Shown here in pieces: positions 44,916 to 53,725 of a stretch of 64,000 nucleotides of DNA (position 1 is the first letter of the stretch; each line of letters starts with the position of its first letter). The translations under genes were made by a program, and so were the position numbers. Source of the DNA: an uncultured virus (IMG/VR IMGVR_UViG_3300037507_003964) (taxonomy: Duplodnaviria > Heunggongvirae > Uroviricota > Caudoviricetes); IMG/VR virus record IMGVR_UViG_3300037507_003964; one strand, written 5' to 3'. The notes beneath the pieces were generated by a model. The model made no database searches and was not told the DNA's origin. It saw nothing but the letters and a program-made list of their open reading frames with translations.

Positions 44916-46045
44916 TATAAACCTAAGTATTGTTTGAATTGCATTTTACGAATGTGCTCGGGTTTTGCTTCGATACCTGATGAAACTGCAGAATGTAATT
45001 TTTTTGTGCTTTGCATCATCTTCATTTCAACATCACTTTGAGGGCCAATTAGTTTGGTGAAAGCTGCATATGCCTTGGGACATATATCAAAGTTTTGTGT
45101 CTTTATATTGAGGTAAGTTATCTGTTTGCTCGGAGAGTTCATCTCTGCAATCGCATCTTTCTGTTGTTTGTTCATTAATAAAAATGGAATTTTCATAGTT
45201 TCTTCTCCAAACCTTTCTCTGTACCTCTTGGTGTAAACTGACTCTTTTGTTTTTGCACCCACATCTCCTGGTGCTGGCGTATACGCAGCAGGATTATTGT
45301 CATCCATCGCGCTAGTTCTTTCCCAGTGTGCCTTTCTAGCAACTTGTGTGCTGTGTGAAAGATTACCCGAGTATTTCTTCGACAATCCAGAACGATTTCT
45401 TCTGTTCTTCTTATAAGCACCCGAACTTGTTCTATATTTATTTTCCTGCAACCATGCTGAAAATGACTCAGCAAGGTTCATGCCCCCTCTAACATCATCA
45501 AACAACTCCTTTGCGTGTTTCTCCTGAACATGAGAAGGGACACCCTTCTTGAATTCATTGAAGTCATTGTTCTTAGCATGTTCACGCATTTTTGACGCCG
45601 ACATACCCTCTACACCTTCTGCATCAGGATCTCGTTCTCCTGCAGATACAACTTTGATTGACTTGAAGTTATACAGTTTGCCTTTACCCTCACCGTTGTA
45701 CTGATGTAGCTTATTTTCATATTCATCAACACGATCAGATCCTCCCACCATAATCAAATGATGAGTGCCTGATTTATGTAACTTAGCTGCATGCTGTAGG
45801 AATGTGGGGTGCTCAGAAGATGATACACTCAGTCTAGTATTGGGGAAGAAGCGTTTACCATGCTTCAGTTTTTGTTGGGGACTCAGAGGATTTTTGTTTT
45901 TCTTGTCTTGAGTGTGTGACAAGACGATTAGATGATCAGCTTTATGATCAGAGGCAAGTTCTTTTACTTTGTTGACAAGTTTCTCATGCCCAACCGTTGG
46001 CGGATTCATACGCCCAAAGGCAAAAACTGTTGTTTTTTCTTTCAT
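44915..46045 (-). CDS. HIGH-superfamily nucleotidyltransferase with C-terminal modules
   Basis: FGRMNPPTVGH, VGGSDRV, SAGERDPDAEGVEGMSASKMR. Confidence 0.85.
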   Translation of the reverse strand: MKEKTTVFAFGRMNPPTVGHEKLVNKVKELASDHKADHLIVLSHTQDKKNKNPLSPQQKLKHGKRFFPNTRLSVSSSEHPTFLQHAAKLHKSGTHHLIMVGGSDRVDEYENKLHQYNGEGKGKLYNFKSIKVVSAGERDPDAEGVEGMSASKMREHAKNNDFNEFKKGVPSHVQEKHAKELFDDVRGGMNLAESFSAWLQENKYRTSSGAYKKNRRNRSGLSKKYSGNLSHSTQVARKAHWERTSAMDDNNPAAYTPAPGDVGAKTKESVYTKRYRERFGEETMKIPFLLMNKQQKDAIAEMNSPSKQITYLNIKTQNFDICPKAYAAFTKLIGPQSDVEMKMMQSTKKLHSAVSSGIEAKPEHIRKMQFKQYLGL

Positions 46046-46046
46046 A

Positions 46047-47195
46047 TTATGCCTTTGAGAACCTAGGATTGTTCAGAATCTGATGCGAAACTTCTTTTGG
46101 TACTAATTTAGCAACAGGTCTTAGTCGTCTTTGCTGATCCCGCTTAAGAAGGACTACACCTTCTGTGTCTGCTGCCTTTCCATCAATCTTTGTGTCCATA
46201 TCGGTGTGTTTGATACCCTTTAGGACATGCTCAGTGCCTTTTGAAAGGTGATGGTTGATCTGAAGCGTGTTCTCAAAGGCACTACGATTCTTCTCAACAT
46301 GATCAGCCATACTTCTAAACTTGTTAATATGTGTTGCTTTGGCAGCTTCTGTTTTAACAGTACCTGCCTTCTTAACACCCTCTTCTTCCAAATGTGCTTT
46401 GTATCCATCTACTGAAGGTGTGGTTCCCTTCCTTGTAGTCCTATTCATATAGGTGGTAAAATGAGGTTGGTGTTCTTCAGTAAGGTGAGTGTGGTCAGGT
46501 TTTGATCCCATAAGAGCCTTTGCTTTCTGCAAATGCATCTCTGTTGCTTTCCTATCTTTTTCTGCATATGGATGCTTGTTTGGATCAAAGTCAAGATTGG
46601 GTTTGAAAACTTCTGAGTGCTGTGCGATAGCACCCTTTGACGGTTTGTGTGCTATACCATTTGTTATTTCAGTATGAACTGCTATGCCCAACTTTGCAGG
46701 TGTTTTTACCTTATACTGTAGTCGGTTTGCATGTGCAGTAACAGTTGCACCCTTACGAATACCCTTATCATGCTCAGTGTAGAGTAAGTCACCTTGAACA
46801 GTATGACCTTTATTGACAATATGGTGAGCGTGTTCTAGGACATTCTTCATAGATGCTGCATAGGAGGGTGCATGTCCAAAGTGCTCATCTATTTCTTCTT
46901 CTGTTCTTGCTACCACTCCGCGCCCATGACGGTGTTTGTCAGAGACGAAAGGACCTTTTTCATCATGTCCCACAACAACAGAAGCACCTCCATCTACCTT
47001 ATGACTAGCAACAACTGAAGTTGGCTGACCCGTTCTAAGTTTATGAAACTCATGGATTAAATTGACGCCGTGTTCATGCCCAGGTCCTGGAAGTTCGTGA
47101 GGAAGGTCCTTGGCGTGTGTAAGATGTGACAATAATGCGGCATCCACAGATGTTTTAGTTTTAGCTTCTGTAAGGTAAGATTTTAATGATAGCAT
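46047..47195 (-). CDS. His-rich late hypothetical protein
   Basis: MLSLKSYLTE leader; HLTH, KVDGG, QGDLLY, EGVV, KLV motifs; TATAAATA at 47218-25. Confidence 0.7.
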   Translation of the reverse strand: MLSLKSYLTEAKTKTSVDAALLSHLTHAKDLPHELPGPGHEHGVNLIHEFHKLRTGQPTSVVASHKVDGGASVVVGHDEKGPFVSDKHRHGRGVVARTEEEIDEHFGHAPSYAASMKNVLEHAHHIVNKGHTVQGDLLYTEHDKGIRKGATVTAHANRLQYKVKTPAKLGIAVHTEITNGIAHKPSKGAIAQHSEVFKPNLDFDPNKHPYAEKDRKATEMHLQKAKALMGSKPDHTHLTEEHQPHFTTYMNRTTRKGTTPSVDGYKAHLEEEGVKKAGTVKTEAAKATHINKFRSMADHVEKNRSAFENTLQINHHLSKGTEHVLKGIKHTDMDTKIDGKAADTEGVVLLKRDQQRRLRPVAKLVPKEVSHQILNNPRFSKA

Positions 47196-47220
47196 AGCTT
47201 CCCTTGTTATGACTTTTTAT

Positions 47221-48453
47221 TTATACTATTTCGTTCCAACCAAGGATTGCACCAACGTCTGCACCCGGGGTATCTGTCAAAACACCGATTGTAAGAATGT
47301 CTGATACTCCATCAATCGTTCTACCTAATTGAAAGTTGAAATCGTCTAATGATCCAAAACTTAATGACCCACCTTTCGTGCCTGTAACAATATATCCTGA
47401 ATTCAAATTTGTACCCCCAGACATACTAGTAGCTGAGAAATCATATTGTACAGAACTACTCTCAGAAACATTTGCCCAGTTATTACCAGGTAAAGATGCA
47501 TTTAGTCTTATTTGATATTTGTAGCTAGCATTATTTGTAACACCCAGAACATCAGCTACGTCAGGTAGTATAATAGAATCTAATCTATCTGGTTTTAGTC
47601 TTATACTAAGTACAGGATATGTCACATTTGCGCTGGGAAGGTCACGAAGATTAGAAAAATCTCGTCCAACGGAATAGTTTAAACTTCTTGCTTGAAATCC
47701 GCCTTCGCTGTTCACTGTGCTGCAAATCTGGCGCATTTCACTTGCAGTCGCAGTAGTTCCTGTATTTTCAAGTTCATATCGAATCGGTAAACATGCAGTG
47801 GTCATATAAGTTGAATCAATAACATTTTCATTATGAAATGTGTGAGCTATAATAAATTCTCCCGCCGCCACAAACCCACATCGAACATCCCCTACACCTA
47901 ACCACTCAATGTCTATCCAAAAAATATTAGATTTTGTAGGATCTAGAATTATACCCGAGGCACCGTTTCCATCAAATGTGTCGCCATCCCAAGTAGATTG
48001 CACAAATCTACGTGTATCACTCACTGCCCCACTTGTTTTTGATCTTAACACAAAAGCCAACTCAGTTCCATTTGCCTCAAAATAAATTCCATTTTCAGCC
48101 CCAAAGTACCCAACTCTTTGCCTTAAATTACTTTGAAGATCACTGAAGGCAAAACTGTTCAGTGTTAGCAACGACTTCCCTGGTTGATAGGCAAAAACTC
48201 TTTTTGATTCACGTATAACTTTGTCGCCAGAGGCTGTTGTAGTTTTTAAAGACAATGAACTTTCATCAATATTATATTGAGTCGTTGCATTTCCTAATAG
48301 TTTAGTATCAAATTTTCCGTTTTCCTGATAACGTAGTTGACATTCGAAAAGTGTAAATGGGTTCGATACTCGTAGCCGTTGAAATGCGTCAAGGTGTTTT
48401 TGTTTAAACGATACTCTATCTTCAAATAAATGTGACATTATACTATTCTCCAT
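47221..48453 (-). CDS. Probable virion structural protein (beta-sandwich)
   Basis: DAFQRLRVSNPFTLF, YQPGKS, EWLGVGDVRCGF, LPIRYE. Confidence 0.7.
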   Translation of the reverse strand: MENSIMSHLFEDRVSFKQKHLDAFQRLRVSNPFTLFECQLRYQENGKFDTKLLGNATTQYNIDESSLSLKTTTASGDKVIRESKRVFAYQPGKSLLTLNSFAFSDLQSNLRQRVGYFGAENGIYFEANGTELAFVLRSKTSGAVSDTRRFVQSTWDGDTFDGNGASGIILDPTKSNIFWIDIEWLGVGDVRCGFVAAGEFIIAHTFHNENVIDSTYMTTACLPIRYELENTGTTATASEMRQICSTVNSEGGFQARSLNYSVGRDFSNLRDLPSANVTYPVLSIRLKPDRLDSIILPDVADVLGVTNNASYKYQIRLNASLPGNNWANVSESSSVQYDFSATSMSGGTNLNSGYIVTGTKGGSLSFGSLDDFNFQLGRTIDGVSDILTIGVLTDTPGADVGAILGWNEIV

Positions 48454-49202
48454 CCATTTCTATTGACAAATGTTAGTGACCCCCAATCGATTGCAAGGTT
48501 AGCAGCGTTCTTACCGTCTATGTATAATCCATCATTTGTTCTAATTGTAATCCAACGATTTATTCCTGCACCACAATTTCCTGATTCGTCTTTGACTATT
48601 ACAGATCTACCTGGTGCAGGGGAAGCGGGAAGATACACAGTTACCTTGCCTGCGTAGTTCACTCCGATGTAATAGTCCTTTCTACCTGCTGTGTAAGAAG
48701 CTGAGGTCACAGAGACCGTCTGCTGTGACAGCGTAGAGATATCTCCTGCTCCGCCACCAGGACCAGTTGCGGATATCTTTCCTACCCACTGCTCAAGGAA
48801 CTTGATTTTTTGCTTTACTTCACGCAGATCAGTTGGTTCTGGCACAGAAGGTTGCTGGAATGAGTTCTCCTTAAGTTCCTTCTCCGCCTTGTGGATCGCT
48901 TGCACAGACTTGGCGATCAGGTCAGGTTTGGGTAGCGGCTCACTCTCGGTGGTTAGCGCGGGATCTGGGTTTTTAATTTGGCCGATCTGTGCCTCGGTAA
49001 GCGCACCTTCGTCTGCTTCGTAATGTGGCAGAACCTTAGTGGCGGGCTCAAAGATTTCTCTAGCAGCCTTCGACACCGACTCCTTCAGCGCTGCTTGCTG
49101 TTCTTCGTACCGTTTAATCTCTTCTACTAGCAAGGAGTCAACATGTTGACCCATCTGCATAGCAAATTTAACTAAAAGTTTTTTCTCTTTAATAGATTGC
49201 AT
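48438..49202 (-). CDS. Probable structural protein
   Basis: GPGGGAG linker; DYYIGVN..TVYLP...VKDESG C-terminal domain. Confidence 0.65.
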   Translation of the reverse strand: MQSIKEKKLLVKFAMQMGQHVDSLLVEEIKRYEEQQAALKESVSKAAREIFEPATKVLPHYEADEGALTEAQIGQIKNPDPALTTESEPLPKPDLIAKSVQAIHKAEKELKENSFQQPSVPEPTDLREVKQKIKFLEQWVGKISATGPGGGAGDISTLSQQTVSVTSASYTAGRKDYYIGVNYAGKVTVYLPASPAPGRSVIVKDESGNCGAGINRWITIRTNDGLYIDGKNAANLAIDWGSLTFVNRNGWRIV

Positions 49203-49230
49203 TGACGATTATTGACAAGGTGTGTAAAAT
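49202..49230 (+). promoter_or_regulatory. Possible antisense sigma70 promoter
   Basis: TTGACG-N17-TAAAAT on the + strand, facing the - strand late gene 49260-50255. Confidence 0.45.
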
Positions 49231-49259
49231 TGCTTTGTTGTGAATGATGGGTAAAAGGA

Positions 49260-50255
49260 TCAATGTCCTAATCGTCTTTTCATTTCATTAGCACCTTCAT
49301 CTGTTCCTATATGAACATTTGATTTAGCTAGCTTCTTGATACTAAATTGTGCTGTTCGAGAATTTGGGTTTGATGCTTGTTTCTGGCGAACTCTAAATTT
49401 GCCCACACCCTCCATTGCAGGAAGTCCTAATTTATGTCTATCTTTGGTTTCGCTTTTTCCTGCACGGTATGTCCCATGCGAATCAATATGTATCACATCG
49501 ACATGATGGTCACGCATGTAAGCGTGTGCAGGATGTAGGGATGTTTCATCTGAGTGAAATCCTGTTTTATTAACTGTACCAGGAGGCTCTGTTTCGTTCA
49601 GGTGGGCAATAAGTGACTTCTTTTTGCCTCCCACCGAAACAGTTGCTTTTTCTATTGCTGCAGCGTACTCAGGGCGCTTTGCTCGTGCTTCGTCACTGAT
49701 ATGCCACTTTTGTGTCTTGGGGTGTCTTGTTAGAGTAAGCTGACCAAAGGCAGTTGTTCGAATGTCAGATTTGTGCTCACCTTGAATATCTTCACCTTTA
49801 GCATTAGCGTTAAAACCTTCCGACCCTCTAATTCTTTTCTTAGTTGGGCCTCGCTTATCGATCAGGTGAAAGTCATTGCCTGCAGTAAATCCCGCAGACT
49901 TTCCTTCCATCAATCCATGACCCCTTAAGTGATCTGCTAGTTGACCTTCTTGTACGAGGCCTCTATTCTTTGCTACTACTGGTTTGTCCAGTTTGCTGAC
50001 AGGAATCTTGACCTTAGTTTTTCCAGAAGAGACTGTTACATGATGTTCGCCATCTTCTTCATGATGGGCATGAAGCGTAACAGAAGTGCCTGCTTTCAAT
50101 CCACCTGCATCAGAAGCAAGTGTATGGGTATCAGTTCCTGCTTTAGCTCCGCCTGGCAGGTATGGTTGAATATATTTGTTCACCTGACGCGCAGCATCGG
50201 CACCTGAACCTCTGATTTTTGCTTCTTGCAAATAGTCTCTGAATCCTAATCTCAT
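49260..50255 (-). CDS. His/Lys-rich late protein, probably capsid-internal
   Basis: MRLGFRDYLQE leader; TATAAATA at 50278-85. Confidence 0.7.
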   Translation of the reverse strand: MRLGFRDYLQEAKIRGSGADAARQVNKYIQPYLPGGAKAGTDTHTLASDAGGLKAGTSVTLHAHHEEDGEHHVTVSSGKTKVKIPVSKLDKPVVAKNRGLVQEGQLADHLRGHGLMEGKSAGFTAGNDFHLIDKRGPTKKRIRGSEGFNANAKGEDIQGEHKSDIRTTAFGQLTLTRHPKTQKWHISDEARAKRPEYAAAIEKATVSVGGKKKSLIAHLNETEPPGTVNKTGFHSDETSLHPAHAYMRDHHVDVIHIDSHGTYRAGKSETKDRHKLGLPAMEGVGKFRVRQKQASNPNSRTAQFSIKKLAKSNVHIGTDEGANEMKRRLGH

Positions 50256-50291
50256 ACAGCCCCCGAGTAATTTTTAATATTTATAAAAACG

Positions 50292-50314
50292 AAAAAGGCG
50301 CCGAAGCGCCTTTT
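50292..50314. terminator. Bidirectional intrinsic terminator
   Basis: AAAAAGGCGC-CGAA-GCGCCTTTT (TTCG loop on the - strand); separates early from late genes. Confidence 0.88.
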
Positions 50315-50334
50315 CTAGATCAGATTAGAACTGA

Positions 50335-50574
50335 TCAGCGAAAGATCTGAGTCCCTGCAACTGCGTGGGCAACAGAGATCATCTTACGGCTAGGAGCGCC
50401 GAGACGATAGCTGGTGCCACGGGAAGTGGTATTGGTATAGATGGGATACCCTTCTTGGCGAAGTTCGCAAATGCGCGCAGCAAGCGAGCGAACGCCGAAC
50501 TGACGGGCAGTGGTTTCGGTCAGAACCTGACCAGATTGCAGGGCTTTGAGAACAGCTTGGGTTTGAGGTTTCAT
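50335..50574 (-). CDS. Winged helix-turn-helix protein
   Basis: VLKALQSG..LT...A..FGV.SLAARICELRQEGYPIYTN. Confidence 0.8.
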   Translation of the reverse strand: MKPQTQAVLKALQSGQVLTETTARQFGVRSLAARICELRQEGYPIYTNTTSRGTSYRLGAPSRKMISVAHAVAGTQIFR

Positions 50575-50594
50575 ATGACACTCCGATTATAAAG

Positions 50595-51026
50595 TTAGGC
50601 GACCAGTTTCTTGAGTTCTTCGACAAGGAGATCGTCGCTCATGCTCTCCACATCCGTCTGCAGGACAACCTTGGGCTGACGGACAGCCTTTGGTTGCTTC
50701 GGCTTCGCTGCTTTCCCAGCAGTGACTGCTTTCGCCGGTTTAGGTGCTTTGGGTTGCTTAGTCACGCTACTAGTAGCACCAGTTTTCTTAGCGTAAGTTT
50801 CTTCGATAACATCTTTGAAGCGCTGGAAGCGTTCGATCTTAAGCAGTTCTTCGCAAACTTCTGCTTTGGTCAGCTTACGATCAAACTCAATCAGATCGAT
50901 CTCGGTGTGCTCTTCTTTGATCATCATCTTGATCCGAGTGACCATATCACCCTGACCGACTCGAACTTTGAACTGACCGATACGCTTCGAGATACCACCA
51001 AAATTGTATTTTGCTTCATTACTCAT
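50595..51026 (-). CDS. Hypothetical protein with Lys/Ala/Pro-rich tail
   Basis: FKVR, H.EIDLIE..K.E; TTGACA-N17-TACATT upstream. Confidence 0.7.
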   Translation of the reverse strand: MSNEAKYNFGGISKRIGQFKVRVGQGDMVTRIKMMIKEEHTEIDLIEFDRKLTKAEVCEELLKIERFQRFKDVIEETYAKKTGATSSVTKQPKAPKPAKAVTAGKAAKPKQPKAVRQPKVVLQTDVESMSDDLLVEELKKLVA

Positions 51027-51077
51027 CACAGGAACTCCATGTCAAAGATAATAATGTACATCAAAAGGAAGGGCTTG

Positions 51078-51173
51078 TCAAGCGAAAAGTGAACCTAAAA
51101 ACAACAAAAGTATAGGAATAGTAAGGACACAAACCGCACCCACAAACTCTAGAAAGTATTCAAACTTGCTCAT
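51078..51173 (-). CDS. 31-aa single-TM protein (not in ORF track)
   Basis: MSKFEYFLEFVGAVCVLTIPILLLFLGSLFA; TAATG-coupled to the upstream gene. Confidence 0.55.
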   Translation of the reverse strand: MSKFEYFLEFVGAVCVLTIPILLLFLGSLFA

Positions 51174-51583
51174 TACTTCACCAGTTGGTAAGGTTTGTTC
51201 CACTTGCCGATATTGATATCAACATACCAACCTACATTGAAATAGTCGGTTTGAATGTCGGAATGGTCATGGTTACCTGTCATCATCGCAGCATGCACTT
51301 CCTTGATGAAAGCGAGGGCGCGACCTTTGAACTGATCCTTGAAGTGATAAGGATTCACATCCAGATGATCCTTAGCAGGGGTAAACCCGTTGCGAGTATA
51401 CCAGGTGCTCGCAGAGACCGTCTTGTTGTAGTTGTCAATGAAGTCGATTCTGCCCTGAGACACATTCAGGACCAGAGTCGAATGACCCCGAACCGCCAGC
51501 GTCGCTTTGACGCCATACTTCTGGCAGATCGCTTTGATCCTGGGGGACAGGGACTTCTTCAGATCTTGGGAGACGTATGCCAT
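51173..51583 (-). CDS. Conserved early hypothetical protein
   Basis: MAYVSQ..K, DHSDIQTDYFNVGWYVDINIGKWNKPY. Confidence 0.75.
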   Translation of the reverse strand: MAYVSQDLKKSLSPRIKAICQKYGVKATLAVRGHSTLVLNVSQGRIDFIDNYNKTVSASTWYTRNGFTPAKDHLDVNPYHFKDQFKGRALAFIKEVHAAMMTGNHDHSDIQTDYFNVGWYVDINIGKWNKPYQLVK

Positions 51584-51607
51584 GGTGTTTTTCCTGTAAA
51601 CAATAAA

Positions 51608-51880
51608 TTAGTGAAGGTCAACCTGCACCTGCCGGAAACCAAAGGCGTCAGTGACTAGGCCTGTTGTCAAAGTCCTACCCATATTGGCGTCAACAGTTCG
51701 CAGACCCACCAACTGGTCAAGGGCGCGCCACACAGACAGTCGAGCATCCGAGGTTGCGAAGCAATCACTCATTTGCTGAACAGTAATAACCATGCCAACC
51801 TCAGCGCCATCTTTGGAGGTCAAGATGAACCTGAATTTCTGGCTATTGGCTAGACCCCTGACAATTTGCTTAGTACGCAT
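51608..51880 (-). CDS. Early hypothetical protein
   Basis: MRTKQIVRGLANSQKFRFIL; GAGG RBS after a promoter cassette. Confidence 0.7.
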   Translation of the reverse strand: MRTKQIVRGLANSQKFRFILTSKDGAEVGMVITVQQMSDCFATSDARLSVWRALDQLVGLRTVDANMGRTLTTGLVTDAFGFRQVQVDLH

Positions 51881-51914
51881 CTTTCTTCCTCGTTTCAATC
51901 AATCAACATAAACA

Positions 51915-51985
51915 ATTATACAGGATCTAGAAACTTTGTCAAGTGTTGCAAAAATGCAACAAATTACTGTTGTTTTTCTGCAACA
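51915..51985 (-). promoter_or_regulatory. Early promoter cassette with two palindromes
   Basis: TTGACA-N16-TATAAT; palindromes at 51944-61 and 51968-85. Confidence 0.85.
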
Positions 51986-52206
51986 TGCAAGCGCCAGCGC
52001 TTTCCGCGACCAGCGGGCACCTGTACCATACTAACCTCATGCCCTTGCTGGCGAAGAATATCTGCTGCTTGGGCATACTCGGCGTACATCCACCCCCAAA
52101 CTTTCAAGCTACGCCGACCATCGACCAGCTTATCATTGAAAATTGTAGAACCACGACCACTAATCGTTCGAATAGCAGAAGCAACTTTGAATGTCTGAGT
52201 AATCAT
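51964..52206 (-). CDS. Early hypothetical protein
   Basis: IFNDKLVDGRRSLKVWGW; GGAG RBS. Confidence 0.7.
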   Translation of the reverse strand: MITQTFKVASAIRTISGRGSTIFNDKLVDGRRSLKVWGWMYAEYAQAADILRQQGHEVSMVQVPAGRGKRWRLHVAEKQQ

Positions 52207-52220
52207 TACACTGTCTCCAA

Positions 52221-52283
52221 TTAAGCGTAAGAAACCAGTTCATCGGCGAGAGCGTAGACATCAGCGTGAGAGACATATGCCAT
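52221..52283 (-). CDS. 20-aa micro-ORF (not in ORF track)
   Basis: MAYVSHADVYALADELVSYA; GAGG RBS directly after an early promoter. Confidence 0.55.
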   Translation of the reverse strand: MAYVSHADVYALADELVSYA

Positions 52284-52318
52284 GATTCTTTCCTCGTTTC
52301 AATCACTCAACAGAATCA

Positions 52319-52400
52319 ATTATACACCTTCTAGCGAGAAGTGCAACCACTTTTTTCGGGTGTTGTTTCAATGCAACAAAGGTGTTGTTTTTTCACAACA
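52319..52400 (-). promoter_or_regulatory. Early promoter cassette with two palindromes
   Basis: TTGCAC-N16-TATAAT; palindromes at 52361-78 and 52383-400. Confidence 0.8.
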
Positions 52401-52620
52401 TGAAACGCTGCAAGATTTCGTTACTTTCACGGTAGCTCTCATCCTCCTCGAGGTCTTGGTCAATCATCTCCAGCAGGAGCACATGCAGAAGCACAACTGC
52501 ATCCTGCTGATCCTTAAGGTTAAGTGTGTCTAGCCAGGCGTCTAGATCTGTGCGACTGCTAATCGTCCACATGATATCGAGGAGTTCCTTCTGTCGCTTG
52601 GTAACGCCTTCAATTCTCAT
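52393..52620 (-). CDS. Hypothetical protein
   Basis: 75-aa ORF. Confidence 0.65.
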   Translation of the reverse strand: MRIEGVTKRQKELLDIMWTISSRTDLDAWLDTLNLKDQQDAVVLLHVLLLEMIDQDLEEDESYRESNEILQRFML

Positions 52621-52996
52621 GGGTGATCTTTTTGCTTACTGCTTGTGAGTGCTTGCAGGTCCTGCGGTAAGAAAATCCCGTGCAGGTGCAAGAAATTTTG
52701 CCACCAACAGCGCTGACAATGTACGACTTGCCCGTAGACTTGCTGGTGACTCGAAACTGCCTTGTGCTCGAGGTGTCAACAGAGACAGCAGATCCCGATA
52801 CAATCTTGAGTTCAACCACTCGAGAGATATCAATGACCGCTTTGGGGAAGTCAGGATTGCCCGTAGCAACAGCAAACTGAGAGGGGGTTAACCACGGCAT
52901 GCGAGGAATGACTGTGCCTCGAGTGGTGTACTCTCGAGACCCATGATACTGAGTCCTCACCATGATTGAAGAACCGACTGACGGCATAGAACGCAT
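52610..52996 (-). CDS. SWIM zinc-finger protein
   Basis: CTCTGFSYRRTCKH; TTGACA-N17-TATGAT upstream. Confidence 0.78.
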   Translation of the reverse strand: MRSMPSVGSSIMVRTQYHGSREYTTRGTVIPRMPWLTPSQFAVATGNPDFPKAVIDISRVVELKIVSGSAVSVDTSSTRQFRVTSKSTGKSYIVSAVGGKISCTCTGFSYRRTCKHSQAVSKKITHEN

Positions 52997-53042
52997 AGAA
53001 CCTCCTGACATGCCATCATCATAGCGAAAGATAAGTTCATTG

Positions 53043-53696
53043 TCAAGAGAAATCTTTTATGGTGGGTAACCAAGTGTTGGTTTTTCGCAACAGCTCTTCA
53101 CGTATATGCACCCATCTTGCCCCCCGGAACGCCTTTTTATAGGTTTTCCACACCGCTAACTGGTTGTATTTACTGATATTATTTAGTATAATTTGCGGGT
53201 TTTTGTCGGGGTAGTGAAACTTGATTTCCATGGCTAGGTCGTGGGCGTAGGCGTCGATCTCATCCATGTTGGCAAAGTATTCAAGCGTTCTTATTCTTGT
53301 CTTTGATGAGCATCTAACAAAGTTCACTACCTTAGCGTAGAAACGATTTTCGCCTCGCTTAGTAAACTGATACTTATGCATCATCTCATGCTGTAGAGTC
53401 TGATTGAGGAGGAAAAGGAATCTCTTCTTCCTGTTGGGAGTAAAGTTTATTAGGTTAGAGGGATTTAGATGAACGATGATGCTGATAGGTCTTTTGACCC
53501 TATAGGGATCAAACTCCCCTCCTATCTTAAACGGGGTTCTAGATGTAAACCTAAAGTCATAGATGACTTCTATGCCAGCACCGAAAGGGCTGATCATCCG
53601 CTGCGTCTTTTCTAAGAAAAGTTCAGCAGTTACTTCTCCTTGCATCCATTCTGTATTTTTATTCAACCTTCTCCAGATTCGTCTACCTTGATACAT
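53043..53696 (-). CDS. HExxH zincin-like protein
   Basis: QHEMMHKYQ...Y...DEIDAYA; TATAAATA at 53723-30. Confidence 0.7.
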   Translation of the reverse strand: MYQGRRIWRRLNKNTEWMQGEVTAELFLEKTQRMISPFGAGIEVIYDFRFTSRTPFKIGGEFDPYRVKRPISIIVHLNPSNLINFTPNRKKRFLFLLNQTLQHEMMHKYQFTKRGENRFYAKVVNFVRCSSKTRIRTLEYFANMDEIDAYAHDLAMEIKFHYPDKNPQIILNNISKYNQLAVWKTYKKAFRGARWVHIREELLRKTNTWLPTIKDFS

Positions 53697-53725
53697 AGCT
53701 TTCTCCTGAAGGTTACTTAAACTAT

